Below are positions 1 to 13,129 of a stretch of DNA of 53,598 nucleotides, piece after piece (position 1 is the first letter of the stretch; each line of letters opens with the position of its first letter). The DNA lies in the NCBI GenBank assembly GCA_002633005.1, contig NMRA01000063.1:806267-859864 (forward strand), read 5' to 3'. The position numbers were made by a program, and so were the translations under genes. A model generated the notes under the pieces. It saw only the letters and a program-made list of their open reading frames with translations, had not been told where the DNA came from and made no database searches. This stretch comes from Phoronis australis. Lineage: Eukaryota; Animalia; Phoronida.

Positions 1-648
1 ATTTTTGTTTTTATATATCTGTAATAGCATGTCTAAGTATTGGAATACTTATTTTAGATACTACTTAATTGTATATATCTCTATGTATATAAGTTTCATT
101 TATGAATTGTTTACAACCCAGATATAATGCTTCGCGGTTTCTGGGTTTGTTATTATTTCTTTGTATGTTCTGTGTATCCTTCAATAAATATATATCACAG
201 TAAAAAAAAAAAAAAATTTTAAATTTAACCACCCACTGCTCGGTTAACCACCCCTCAGCGATTTTTCAAGATTTCCAGTTAAACGCCCACCTCTCGGTTA
301 AGCGCCAATCCCCCACTTTTTAAGATTGAAGATTTAGCGCCCAGTGTTAGATACAGATGATGATCACAATGAGCGCGACAACGCTGGGCCTCCGGATGGC
401 GGTTTGGCAATGTGAATTACAATACAAGTAAAGAATCATTGTCCCGGGTCATGGACTTACTTCAAAATATAATACTTGAACGTTCTTGTCATTTTATTTT
501 CCTCCCATGTTTGCAAAGTTTAAGAACCCCGCCGTTGTCAATACCTCTGCTTTCAGCAACGCTGTCTGCTGCGCTGAGATTCCGTCTCCAGTACACTAGA
601 TAAAACATATATTCGGAATAATGGGGTCAGAGAAATGTGACAATGGTT

Positions 649-860
649 TTGCCAACCCTCCAAATTCTCTTTAGGTGGGAAGCTCTCGTATTTTGAAGAA
701 TTAATTCCCATAACTCACGGAAAGATGTCAAATTCTCCCTATTTTGATGAATGTTATTGCCAGGTTATCGAGTCTGGATGTGTGGCAACCAAAGGGACAG
801 TGTGCCTCGCTGGGGTTACCGATTTGCTGCCTCTCGATTTCTAAGTTCAGAGGTTGGCAA
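649..860. mobile_element. Possible small MITE (TTGCCAACC inverted ends)
   Basis: ttgccaaccct at ~649 and gaggttggcaa ending ~860 are near reverse complements; no TSD resolved. Confidence 0.3.
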
Positions 861-2069
861 TATGTTACTTTATGTTTGTGTATCATCTTGAAGTAATAAA
901 AAACTTCTAGTCAAAAATTTTTTTTCGCTTATTGCATCTCAGTCAAACTCGCGTTAGCAGATTTAACTAAAGTCGCTGGTGGTTCTTTACTACGATTTCT
1001 TGCGTCAACCCCCGCCTGACTGTGTGAATTATCGCTTCCATATTCCCTCATTTTTTAGCCATCCAGAATAATTTTGTTTGTACATTGGCCAGTTTCAGGA
1101 TGAAAACAATTCTTACATTCGAGCCTGAAATATCTACGACGCAAACTGACTGAAAATTGGCGATAGTTGGTAGGAAGTGCACGCAGCTAGCTACGGGCAT
1201 GGCACACTCGGGCCTAGGGAACATCGAGCCGGGAAATATCGGAATAAACTTGACATCGCAGTTTTGGCAACAGAAGAATATCGTAAAGAACTGGGTCTTT
1301 CTTAACAGCTTATAAGTACAGCGTCACGCCGGTTTCTTTTACTTAGGGCTGTCGCTGTTCTCTTTTGATGTTTGATTTTGTAGTGGTGCATCCGCGTAAG
1401 TTCCCACAGTGAGTGCATGTTCCCTTGACACCAACATGTGATTGACAGGTTACTCATACGTAGGCCCTACATGCGTGCTGAATCCCGCCGCTATCTTTGG
1501 CCATTAAAAACGAGACGCATATTGAAAGGCCGTCACTTGACGGCCTTTCCAAGTCAAGATTGCCTGCCGGGACATTGCGCGTAAACAGCGGGACTGACCA
1601 CCAGTGCCGTTTATGAATGAATTGAAACATCGCTGTTTTGTGACGTTTTATCACATATTTATGCCGTGGTTTAAAATTTTCTTCTTGACTGATGACTACC
1701 TCGTATCTACTTACCCCCCCATTCTTGTCTTACTTCTTTGCCGAGTATGTTTCGCGCAACGGGAAGTGAAAATGCTATTGAGACACGAAGTGTTGACTAT
1801 AAACATCCCAAACATAAAAAAACACCTGAATTAGTTTTTCAAACTTTATTACAACTAACTTTAAAACTGCTCTCTGACTCAGAACTTGACAGCTACCATG
1901 GGACAGTAACTTTGATGTCAGCTGTGACCTCTGCAACACGTGAAGCTTGCACGCGCGCACTTTTGCGGTGCTACTGCTTGCAATCCAAGTGTAGCGCTGC
2001 GTGGTCGTTGTCTGCGCACTGCACTTCTAACAAACTTACACAGGACCGCAGGATGCCGCGGGTCTATTA

Positions 2070-5000
2070 CAGTGGCGGANNNNNNNNNNNNNNNNNNNNN
2101 NNNNNNNNNNNNNNNNNNNNNNNNNNNNNNNNNNNNNNNNNNNNNNNNNNNNNNNNNNNNNNNNNNNNNNNNNNNNNNNNNNNNNNNNNNNNNNNNNNNN
2201 NNNNCTAGTTCGGTTAAAAGTAACCACAGCTTTGCGGTAAATAGGGCGCGTGCGGTGAAGAGAACCAAGTGATCGATTAGTTAGTTTAGTGGAGATCATA
2301 CTCAAGCAATGGCGAAGAGGCAGCTGGAGTTAGAAAACTGGTTTTCCAGTAAAAGGACAGGTAGGCAGGCGGTTTTGTATGTTTTCGCCTAATTTCACGT
2401 GTGATATAACGGACTTTTTGGTCTATTGAATTCCTTTTCTAAGGGAAAATAGTAACGACCTAACGCTTACTTATCATGTAAACACTGTAAATACCTGGGG
2501 CCACTTTCACAAATAAATCAAGAATTTGACTATTTCATGTGATGAGGAGTGACAACTGTGGGTTAAAGTAAAAACTTTCCCAAGCTAGGAACCTTGCATA
2601 AGTTGACGCTGCAACGACCCAGACTGTCATGTATATGGGTAAGTGGCCCAAAGAAAATGGTAACAGGTACCACTGGTAAAATATAACATATTGCTAAAGT
2701 GGAAGTGCACACCACATTGCATGTTAACCTGGGCGTAATTTACCTTTCTTTGCAGTACACAGCCTCTCAAAAGAAAATCATGCCAAAGAAGACGATACAG
2801 CACAGTCACAAAGTCAGATGGACGGTCAGTTAAATGATCGGAAAGATTCTGATAGTGATCCCAAATGCAGTACACAGTGCGACCCAACCAAAATATCCCC
2901 TAAGAAATTTATTTACGACATTAGCAGCTACCTCAACTGTACATCCATTGATGACGAGACCAAATTTAATGTCATCAAAAGCAAAGAGCCATCCTCATCT
3001 TACAAATTTCCACAATAGATTTATAACGACAATGGCCAAAAGTCTGGTTGCAGAAACAGAAGTTGCAATAGAGCATGGCTGCAGAGGTTTACGTTTGTAG
3101 CATACTCAAAAGAAGTTAATGGTTTGTTTTGCACTGCCTGCGTTTTGTTCCCAGACAGTTCACATCATCGCCCCAAGAAGCTCCTTTCATAGCCCTATCA
3201 GAACTGGAAAGACGCCTTACACGATCTCAAACAACATGTGACCTGCGAATATCATATTAATTCTATGACTAAACAGGAAACCTTTCTACACACCTATCAG
3301 AACGTTTCTGCTAGACTGGATTCAAAGATAGTTGATTCTCATAAAGTACGCATTCAGAGAAATAGAGAAGTTCTCGGCTCTTTAAGTTTATAGTATTTTG
3401 CGGACAAAGAGGTATAGCAATGAGGGGTCACCGGGATGATGACTCCTGCGGAAATGCAAATAAAGGTAATTTCAAGGCTTTGGTCGACTTCAGAATAGAA
3501 GCAGGTGACGTAGTTCTTGCTGAGCACCTTAAAACGTGCCCTAACAATGCGTGCTACACAAGCAAGAGTACTCAAAACTACATCCTCACATGCATAAAAG
3601 ATTACATCCAAAAAGAAGTAATCCAAGAAGTGACGAGTCAGCATTTCGGGCCCTATTACGGGATTCAGTGCGATGAAGTCAAAGATGCAAGTAGCTGGAG
3701 TCAACTAGGACTCGTGTTGCGTTACAAAAAAAACCACATGCCCGTCGAATGATTGCTCAAGTTTCTGCTCTGTGAATCTACAACTGGTGAAGCAATATGT
3801 GAAACTATCATTCAGTGTTTGACAAGGTGTGGTTTAGACATTGCGTGCTGTAGATCGCAAACAATGGACGGTGCCGGAAACATGGCAGGCAAACATTCTG
3901 GTTGCGCGGCACGGCTACTACAGCAGTCTCCAAAAGCGTTCTATAATTATAACGGGACCCATGACTTGAATCTTACCCTATGCAAGGCATGTGAAGTCAA
4001 GGAAATTCACCTTGCACTTGATAGTGTCAAGCAACTGGCAATATTTTTCAAGTATTCTCCAAAGCGAAGCAGGCGCTTAGAAGAATCTGTCGACGAACTG
4101 AACGACGGCCGACAACAAAACCAGTTCATCAAAAAATCCAAATTCGGCTTACTTTGCAGCAAAAGGTGGGTAGAAAGACATACCACTTTACAAGACTTCG
4201 ACGAAATGTATTGTGTGTTACTGGATTGTTTGGAAGCGATATCATGGCGCGAGAAACTGCGGGACAGCAACACCAGTGGCGAGGCATTTGAAGTGTACAA
4301 GCAGGTGACTGACGCGTCATTTATTGCAAGTTTCCAAACTGTGTTGCACTTCTTCGGATTCACACTGCCACTTAGCAAGAAACTGCAGGGTTCCACTCTA
4401 GACGTCGTAGAAGGGTTCAAAATGGTCAAGCATGTGCAAACTCTGTTTATGAGTTTCAGAACAAATAACGCAGAATATGACAAGAGAGTAGCAATGGCAG
4501 CCAAAGCAAACATTGCTCTTGAGCCACCCAGACGATGCGTAAAGCAAACACAAAGAAACAACATTCCGGCAACAGACGCCAAAGAGTACTTCAAGCGAGC
4601 CATATACGTTCCATTGGTGGATAGCCTACAACAGCTTAGCATGCGGTTTACTGTTCTGACAAATAAAGCAGTACAGGGACTCCGTCTTATCCCGTTCAAC
4701 CCCCGAGAAGAGAACAAAGCAGCTGACAAACTAAGGGAAATTGAAGAATCATTACTCTCCTGTTACAACGATGACCTTCCGTCTGCTGCCACTTTGCACC
4801 AGGAAGTTAAGCTGTGGGTGCAACTATGGACAAACACAGACGTCAAGCCCGATAACATCACTGGTACACTTTCGGATCGTAGGTCATGTCCATTGCTATT
4901 TCCAAACATAACCAAGATGTTAAATCTGCTTTTATTGACATCTGTCCTGGCTGCCACCGTAGAGCGAGTAAATTTTACATTGAAATTTGTTAAAACACCC

Positions 5001-5986
5001 TTTAGAAGCACAATGGGTGATGACAGATTTAATGCTCTGACACTACTTTTCATACACACGGACATTAAAGTCGACATTAATGTTGTCATAGACATGTTTG
5101 CAGCTAGACATCCCAGGCGAATGCTTTTAAATAAGATATGATTGGACAAACTTGTCAACATGATTGTTGTGTCGCGCAGTTGATCTGCGTCTAGTATTTT
5201 CAGAGTAAAAAGGAGTGAACTCTGTATACGAGGTGCTACCCAAAAGTTCTGGTAATATAAGTGAAGATAAAACATTGGACGTACTGGTCATCTTTCACTG
5301 TCTCCTTGGAAGCACTTCCAAAATAAAACAAGTGCTGTTTAATCACTCGAAAACTGCTTGTTTATAATTCTGACGCCATCACCTTTTTTTGTTCAGTATA
5401 GTCCTGTAAAACTTCACATGCGTAGTAAAACATTTTGCACATATAGACGTTATTTCGCAGCACATGCACTTAATATTAAGTAAGAAAATTACAATTTTGT
5501 TTTGCATGTTCAGCCACAGCGTTATATCGCCTCTTGTTTAGCAGTGTTCGTCGGAGGCAAATGCGTCGCACGCTTTAGGGCACAACCGTGACGGCTGGCG
5601 AAGTTCGTATTCACACGAGACGTTCTTAAAATTCAATCAGCAGAAAGGAACGCACAAGTCAAGAAAGTTTTGACCATAGCTAACTTAGAAAGTTTGACTT
5701 TGGTGTAAGATTCCATCTCATTTTGAGGGGCTGCAGTGGGATTTTGTTGCGCTCGACACAAAGAATGACCTAGCGCTAAAAAGTATCCCCAAGATCTGAT
5801 TATACTTCAGAAATCAAGTGAAATACCAGACACTAAATTAAAAAGTCTCCTAGACGGGGTAGGGAATCCACCTGTTATCCTTACGGCAGTTCGGGGAGGG
5901 GGGCGATAGTCTGAAGGGGAAAATCTAGATCCCGGCTAATATTCTGCCCTGGCCCCCCCTAACTCAAAATCCTGGATCCGCCCCTG
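2070..5986 (+). mobile_element. hAT-superfamily DNA transposon with 5-bp TSD (hAT5-like), decayed autonomous copy
   Basis: Termini CAGTGGCGGA (2070, then gap) and TCCGCCCCTG (5986); TATTA on both flanks (2065-2069, 5987-5991); encloses the transposase pseudogene. Confidence 0.8.
2309..5141 (+). pseudogene. hAT transposase pseudogene (ZMYM1/THAP12-P52rIPK-like: TTF-type Zn finger, DUF4371, DDE core, hAT dimerisation domain), one intron
   Basis: Exon 1 2309-2360 (MAKRQLELENWFSSKRT, then gtaggc) splices in frame to tttctttgcag|2756. Motifs: AWL..F...YSK...LFCTACVLF; RGHRDD..NKGNFKAL; CDEVKD; QTMDGAGNM; SKRWVER; ATVERVNFTLKFVKT.FRSTMGDDRFNALTLL. In-frame stops near 3016, 3190 and 3750, and a frameshift near 3385. 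Confidence 0.9.
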
Positions 5987-6155
5987 TATTACTAAGCAAT
6001 TTTGTAAATTTAATTGTGAATGACTAATCTGAGGGCAACAAAACCTTTGTTCGGATCATCTGCTGTTATGAACTTTTTACTGTCATTTGACGTGACAATA
6101 AAGCTCTTTGAAAAGTGCTACACGTTCCGAGTATGTGTGTCATGTGGGGACTTAA

Positions 6156-9100
6156 AGGAGAATGCCACGCGATTTAATTAGTCTTTTTTACCGTCTTAAT
6201 CTGTCTATATCCACATCGCCTCACATACGATCGACCGTACCTTGCCGAGAGGTGTCGTGTTAACGTGTGAGGAAGATGAGAAACGACAAAGCGACGTCAA
6301 TGGTTCATTTGCAGAGTGAATTCCGCTATGTTGCAGTGCATCGTTCCCACTTGTCCGAACTATGCAGCTGCGAGGAAAGCGGGTATATCGTTTTTTTTTC
6401 GACTTCTTCAAGAGTCCAAAATGCTTAGGAAGTGGCTCGCGGTAGTGAAGAATGACAAGTACGCTGTAAATAGCAAGTATGAGGCCGTGAAACATCTCCG
6501 TGTTGTGGCCTGCAGTCGTCGCGGGACAGTGGTTGACGAATGCCGGCTTACCAAATAACTATCCATACGTTCCGTTGTCTGAGCTTGTTCACGGTGCCTC
6601 TCTAGTATTTCTTCACCACTGTACTCCAGTTCGAACTGATAGCCTGTGAAACTTAACGATCCACCTGCGAAGTCTTCGTAGGGATGAGCCCAGGTCTAAG
6701 TCGGGATTGCGAGTTGCCAGGTTGACATTTATTACTGAGCGTTCTGTTTCAAAACGAATTATTCTCACACTTACCAATACTTATATAAAACTGAAACAAA
6801 GTCCGTCTCATTATATGTAATTTGTAATGCCTTTGGAGTGTTCGTGAGTGCAAATGATTTGAGAAGCCAGCAATGAATAAATCACAGCGTTACCGGCCGG
6901 CTTTAGGTGCAATAAAACAAATTGACGGAGCACCTAGGTCGTGTGAGCTCATGTTAATTCAGTGTTTGCTGACAGAAACTGTTGTGAAACAGCTCAATTT
7001 CTATCCCACGGCCAGATGTTAGGATAATCTTTATGTACATTTACATTATTCAAATAATGATCGTCAATGTACAACTTAAAGGAGAATGCCACCCGATTTA
7101 ATTAGTCTTTTTATCGTCTTAATCGGTCTATATCCACATCGCCTCTTATACGGTCGACCTCACCTCGCTGAGAGGTGTGGCGTTAACCTTTGAGGAAGGT
7201 GAGAAACGACGCAGCGACGTCAGCGGTTCATCTGCAGAGTGAATGCCGCTATATTGTGGTGCATCGTTCCCGCTTGTCCGAAGCTGCGAAGAAAGCGGGT
7301 ATATCGTTTTTTAACTTCCTTGAGAGCCCGAAATGCTTAGGAAGTGGCTCGCAGTAGTGAAGAATGAAATGTAGGCTGTTAATAGCAAGTATGAGGCCAT
7401 GAAACATCTCCGTGTCTGTGGCCGGCATTTCGTCGACAGTGATTTCTCTGACGAATTCCTGCTTACCAAAGAACTATCCATACATTCCGTTGCCTGTGCA
7501 TGTTCACGGCGCCTCTCTAGTATTTCTTGATCAGTGTATTCCGGTTTGCACTGATAGCCTCTAAAACCTAACGATCCGACCCGTGAAGCCTTCCTCGCCT
7601 GAGCTCTTGATTAAGTCCGGATTGGCGTGGGGTGAGTTGCCATGTAGACGTTTATTATTCAGCGTTCTGTTTCAAAATGAATTCTTATCATCCTAACCAA
7701 TGCTTATATGAAACTGAAACAAAGTCTGTCTCATTCGATACAATTTGTAATGCCTTGGAGTGCTCGTGAGTACAAATGTTTTGAGAAGCCAGCAATGAAT
7801 AAACCACTGCGTTACCGGCTTTTGATGCCGGCAACAAAGGTGACTGGGCACCGAGGCCGTGTGAGCGCATACTAATTCAGTGTTTGCTGACAGAAAGCTG
7901 TTGTGAAACAATTACGCGATTTTATATGCTATGGTCACATGTTAGGGGAATCTTTATTTAGAAATACAAATACATTATTCAAATCATTGTTCCTGTACAA
8001 CCTTTGCCCTGACGGTCTGTGGAAGGGGAACCCGACATCGTGCTGACCCAGACAAGTAAGTAGATTTTCAGGTTTGTGGCTAATTCACATTAATTATAAC
8101 GTGCACATTATTTCTTTGGCTCACTATTATAATCTTTTCGTGACTGGAGGTTTAGTTTCCAACTCAAGCTGGTTTATGTTCGTGCCAGTACCGGCAGCCG
8201 CGACGCCGGGCCTGATCGGGTTCCGAGCCACTGGCCGGGATAACAAGCGTTTTGTTTGTTTAGAACTCAAAAAATCACAAGTATAAAAACACAGATCTAG
8301 GTTTTCCTGTCTGTATTTCACGGAAGAATACTTCGAATTTATCTCCCAACAGACCCTAAACTCCTCAGTGCTACGGACCTTAGTAAATTGGCCTGCCGAA
8401 CTTTGTAGGCTACAGTGTGTCCAAATACCAGTAAATCCGTAACAGCGAAATAAAACAACACGTTTTTATAAGAACTCGGTGTATTTTTAATGGTTTTACA
8501 TGGAAGCTTGATGATTTATTGGTGTTAAACAATGAATTGAAGCGATAAGCTGACACCAGTAACCCGTGTTGTGAACTGCTGAACAGACTGCGAGTGAAAC
8601 TAATTACGTCATTGGTTAATTTCAACACCTCGGTCTGATGCCAGGTGTCAGCTAACGCAACCGAACTTACCGTTGTCAAATAGAATCGATCTAAATTGAT
8701 AAAAAATAGGTTGTATTTCGGGTGGCATTCTCCTTTAATTAGTGACGGTATGGCCAAAACAAAACCTGAATTCGTGGCCCCCGACGAATAAGTAGATTTT
8801 CAGTTTCGTGGCTAATTCACCAATATAATCACGTTCACTTTACTTCTTTGGCTCACTTGTAATAGTAATTTCTTGACTGGAAGTTGAGTTTCCAACTTTA
8901 GCGGGTTTATGTTCGTGATGTCTAATCAGCTTCCCAGCCACTGGCCGGGATAAGGAGTCAGTCCGGCTCCGAGCCACTGTCCAGGATAACCAGCAATTTG
9001 TGTGTTTAGAACTAAAAAAATCACAAGTCTAAACAACCCAGATCTAGGTTCTCCTGTCTATCTCACGGAAAACAGACCCCAAACTTCTGCTATGGACCTT

Positions 9101-9451
9101 ATTGGCCTGCCAACTTTGTAGGCTACGGTGTGTCCAAACACTAATAAATCCGTAACAGCGAAATAAAACAACACGTTTTTATAGGAACTCTGTGTATTTC
9201 TAAGGGTTTCACATTGAAGTTTGATGATTTATTGGTGTTAAACAATGAATTCAAGCAATAAGCTGACACCAGTAACTTGTGTTGTGAACTGCTGAACAGA
9301 CTGCGTGTGAAACCAATTATGTCATTCGATAATTTCAACACCTCCGTCTGCCGTCAGGTGTCAGGTAACGCAACCGTACGAGCGCTTATGAAGTAGAACT
9401 ACTCGAACTAAATTAATACAAATTAGGTTGTTTTTTGGGTGGCATGCTCCT
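6156..9451 (+). mobile_element. Non-autonomous Kolobok-like element, copy A (THAP remnant), interrupted by copy B
   Basis: TTAA|AGGAGAATGCCAC ... GTGGCATGCTCCT|TCAA; THAP-like CIVPTCPN...ISFF..MLRKWLAVVKN at ~6330-6500; sequence resumes colinearly after 8738. Confidence 0.75.
7080..8734 (+). mobile_element. Non-autonomous Kolobok-like element, copy B (~1.65 kb, no nested inserts)
   Basis: TIR AGGAGAATGCCACCCGA / TCGGGTGGCATTCTCCT with TTAA on both sides; decayed THAP C2CH (CIVPAC...KWLAVV...HLRVCGRHFVDSDF). Confidence 0.85.
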
Positions 9452-9467
9452 TCAATCACGAGGTAAG

Positions 9468-9644
9468 ATTAACCGCCCAGAGAGGTTGTCTGTCGTAATA
9501 AGTGCCCATGTTCAGTTAACTGCCCACACTGGATTTCTTGAAATTTCACGTTTAAAAGTGCCTATGTCTGGTTAACCGCCCAACCCCGATTTTTTGGGTT
9601 TGCCACTTTAACTGCCCATGGCGTTAACCCGAACGTTTACGGTA
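9468..9644. mobile_element. Right end of a TA-flanked (Tc1/mariner-pogo-type) non-autonomous element
   Basis: Repeated TTAACYGCCCA motifs ending in ...CGAACGTTTACGG|TA; the same motif array occurs at ~225-345. Confidence 0.45.
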
Positions 9645-11120
9645 ATACCAATCAATAGCAACGGTCAACAATAGCAAATTTTTCTAACACCATCAGTCAT
9701 TTTTTATTCCTAAATTTCTCCCAAAAGTTCCTGTTGACACTTTCTGGTGATGAGAACTTTATGGAAATGCCTTACTAGTCAGTGTCGTCCATTATTACTG
9801 AATATAAAAAGTCGCATGACTCAATTTGAAGGGATTTACAGAATACATCATCTAGTTTTCCTTGAGTTTTTATCTTTTTCACTTTCGAAGACTTCCTCTA
9901 TATGGGAATTATTTTCCAGGTTTTGCATGACTCATAGGAACCATGTCCAATAAAGTTGAGTGGTAGTGGCCATGTATGTGGGATATTTGTACTATAGTTA
10001 TACTAGCCAAACGCGAAATCAGTTTACGACAATGCCATTCCCGCACTTACAAAACGGGTCAACAACAAGTGAAAAGCGCTCAGTGTCGGTGAACTTTACT
10101 CACTAACTGTCAAACTTAATAATCCACAGGTGCTCGAAAATAACGCACTCGCCAAAGTGCCTCCTACACAGATGAGCAAGCGACTCTCTAGAGGTCATGA
10201 ACTTCGGCAAAGAGAGATTTCATTGTCTGTGGTTTCCTCATCTGCTTTTCATGACAATGGCAATGAAAAAATCTGCAGCGCCCAGTTTAAGGTGCAGGAT
10301 TTGGTACAATCCTGCAGTTAATAAGGTGTCCTGAGACAAAATTAAAGAAAGCAGAGGGAATGGTAGTGGCCGGAGGAAATAGTGGCGTCGGGGGGTGGGA
10401 GAGACAACTATAATGACTACAGGGGGAAAGTAGAGGCTATTGGGGCCACCAGGAGATTGCAGTGACTGTCGGGGGAAAAACAGGTGCAACAAGGAGAGTA
10501 CAGCGACAGCCGAGAGCAAATGATATGCACGACGACGCACCTTACTTCAGTTCTATGCTATTTATGATATGTGCCCTCAGTAACTTACGTTTATCTAGTT
10601 TCCATCTCAAGACAAACACATTCGTTTTTATTGGCACACAAATTTGTCTCTATATTGTCGTATATCGTCAGAGCAATAGACTTTTTGATATTTACTTTTA
10701 ACTAGTGATGGTTTGCGTTTTCATAACTATTTACAGAAAATATAACAGTATCTCAGTAGCGCAGCTGCTATCCTCTTCCTCTGCCATCCACCTCACTTTT
10801 GCGGGAGCATGCAGTTGAATCATTGTGAATCATGGACTGATAAAACGTGCATTGGTGCTACTTCATGATTCAATTAAATTTGACAATGAAAAATATAATA
10901 TTAAACCTAATTTTACCTTGAGGAAAATTTGTATCTAATGGCAGCAGCTTAAAAACACGAATTACAATTTTGAATACCTTAAAAGGGAAACCTTTGACTA
11001 TTTCAGAATTGAAAGACATATTTTACAAAAATTTGAGAATTTCAATGAAACTCGACTCCTTTATTTTGAGGTAACTTGGAGTTGCAAATGAATCATACCA
11101 CAGGTACAGCAGACATCACG

Positions 11121-11325
11121 AATGTTTGTTTGACCGGTTGGAAATTGGTCGTCTAGCCAACCAACAACGGTCTGCTAGGAGCCGTCTGTTGAGTCGCCTC
11201 TGTGGTCGGCACTTGGGTCGGCAAAGTGGTCGCCTAGCATAGACGACCAATACGGATTATGGGTGTCCTTGGTCGGCAATTACCATTTTATGACTTAGCG
11301 GGTGAACTTTGGCCAAACAAACATT
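11121..11325. mobile_element. Possible MITE with 15-bp inverted ends
   Basis: aatgtttgtttgacc ... ggccaaacaaacatt (14/15 match); internal GGTCG repeats; no TSD resolved. Confidence 0.35.
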
Positions 11326-11635
11326 TAACTGTTCGCGGTTCGTTCACCAGAGGCCACTCCGGTCTTGACATTGGTTTATCAACTTTTGTTCAACTGTTGA
11401 AAGGTTGCAAAATCGAATCAACCTAGAAATACGAATTGTTTGAAATTACACCAATGTAAACTTTATGTTGAATTGCTGACGGCGCGGTAAAATAAAACGT
11501 TAAATGATACGGGGGAAAAATAATTTCGAACTTTAAATATGAGACTTCTTATACATTACGCATAAAAAATATCAACCAAGAAATTTGAAATTTTACAGTA
11601 AATTTGCATAAAAATCCGAATACAAGGTTTGATGC

Positions 11636-11690
11636 GTTACGACCTTGACCTCAATACAAGTGTTACGACCTTGACCTCAATACAAGTGTT
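11636..11690. repeat. 26-bp tandem duplication
   Basis: gttacgaccttgacctcaatacaagt x2. Confidence 0.8.
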
Positions 11691-12024
11691 TTCATGTCGC
11701 GGAATGATCAACAAGTAGCACGCATTTGCGCTCATCCGTAATTTGCACTTGATCATCACTTCATCACGCTGCGTACTGCACTTTCCTTCAGATAATTATT
11801 TTTATTTTTGTACAACTTCTTAATATGTTGGTACAGCAACAGAACAAAAGTTTATTTTAGGAGCAACATAAAAAATGGTTTGAACATAGGGCAGATATTA
11901 AGATCATGGGCGCATGAAAACAGGAGAATGTGATTGGTTATAGTATCAGCCATGATCCATCATCATTCTGAATTTGTTGTCATTTTCGGAGTAAAAAATC
12001 GTTTCGAAGTTAGAGTCTTCCTAT

Positions 12025-12710
12025 CTAGCCAGCTAGCTGTATGAAGACTATTGTCAAAATACAGTAAGGTGCCACTGTGTATTGAGCTCCGACAGACTTC
12101 GAAATTGCACACAGCCCGGATAGTTACGCTTGTCACCTTGTCGAGAAACTTGTATCAAATGAGCTAAAGACGGGCAAGTGCGCATGCAAAATCTGGGAGT
12201 CAATTGACACTCACCTTGCCCGTTACAGCAATTTAAGTGAAAAATAATTAATGTCATTTTCTTGCGTAATTCTCCGCCTTTTGTAACAAAGAAAGGTATG
12301 TCGTCGTTTTGAAAGGAGTACATTTGTGACACGCGACACTTCTAGATTTTTCTCGACATCTTCCATGAGATGATGACAACATCGCCGCAAAATTTGCTCT
12401 GAAATTCGGTTTACTGATATCAAAATTCTAAAAACTTATAATGAAGAGAAATCAATTCTGATAATTTTTTGTGACGTTTATGCAACCTCGAGGGAGAACG
12501 TTTGATTGAAGAATCTTGGAAAAAGAATCTGGCTAATAGGTGACGCAATATTTCACTGCACCGAAAGCCGGTGCAAAAGATCACACCACAATTTTAGCAG
12601 CAGAATCACGGTAGAAAACCAATTTTTGCAACGCCAGTAAATAATTTAGATTACTCAGGGAAGATTACAGTTGGTCAGTTTTTACCCACATCGGCGCAAA
12701 GCTGTATATT
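12025..12710. repeat. Diverged dispersed repeat, paralogous to ~14895-15680
   Basis: Colinear shared blocks such as ccagctagctgt..caaaatacag, gacactcaccttgcccgtt, caattttagcag and tttttacccacatcg. Confidence 0.65.
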
Positions 12711-13129
12711 TAATTTAATAAACAGCTTCCACCAAGGCTAGAGCCTTCTGAGCCCTTTAGAGTAAGAACACAATACTTCGCGCTTCGCGTCTACTCCAAG
12801 GGATAAACGTCTGAAAACAAAATCTTCGGAGTAACTCAGTACAAGTAATCCTAAAGAAGTTCCCAGGTAGTCTGCGTTTTCATGTAGAGCGTAAAAATGA
12901 TTAACCCAGTGATTCAAAAAGAACACTCGCAAACGAAAATGCATACAATTTTCAGTTCTATGAAACAGGTTAAAAAACAAATTGTTTAAGTTTATTGCAC
13001 GGATTCTAGTGGTCACCAGGGCAAGTCAAAACTCTTAAAGGCCAAGTGTGGTGCCAAAATGACTATTTTTACATCTAAAATACATTTATTGATAAAAACA
13101 TCAAAATACTGTGTCAGCATACCCTAGTC

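Noticed and set aside
1738-2305. ORFs spanning N runs (also 21479-21849, 32073-32321)
   Set aside because: Open only because of assembly gaps.
4007-5275. Minus-strand ORFs of 240 and 170 aa
   Set aside because: Antisense shadows of the transposase ORF.
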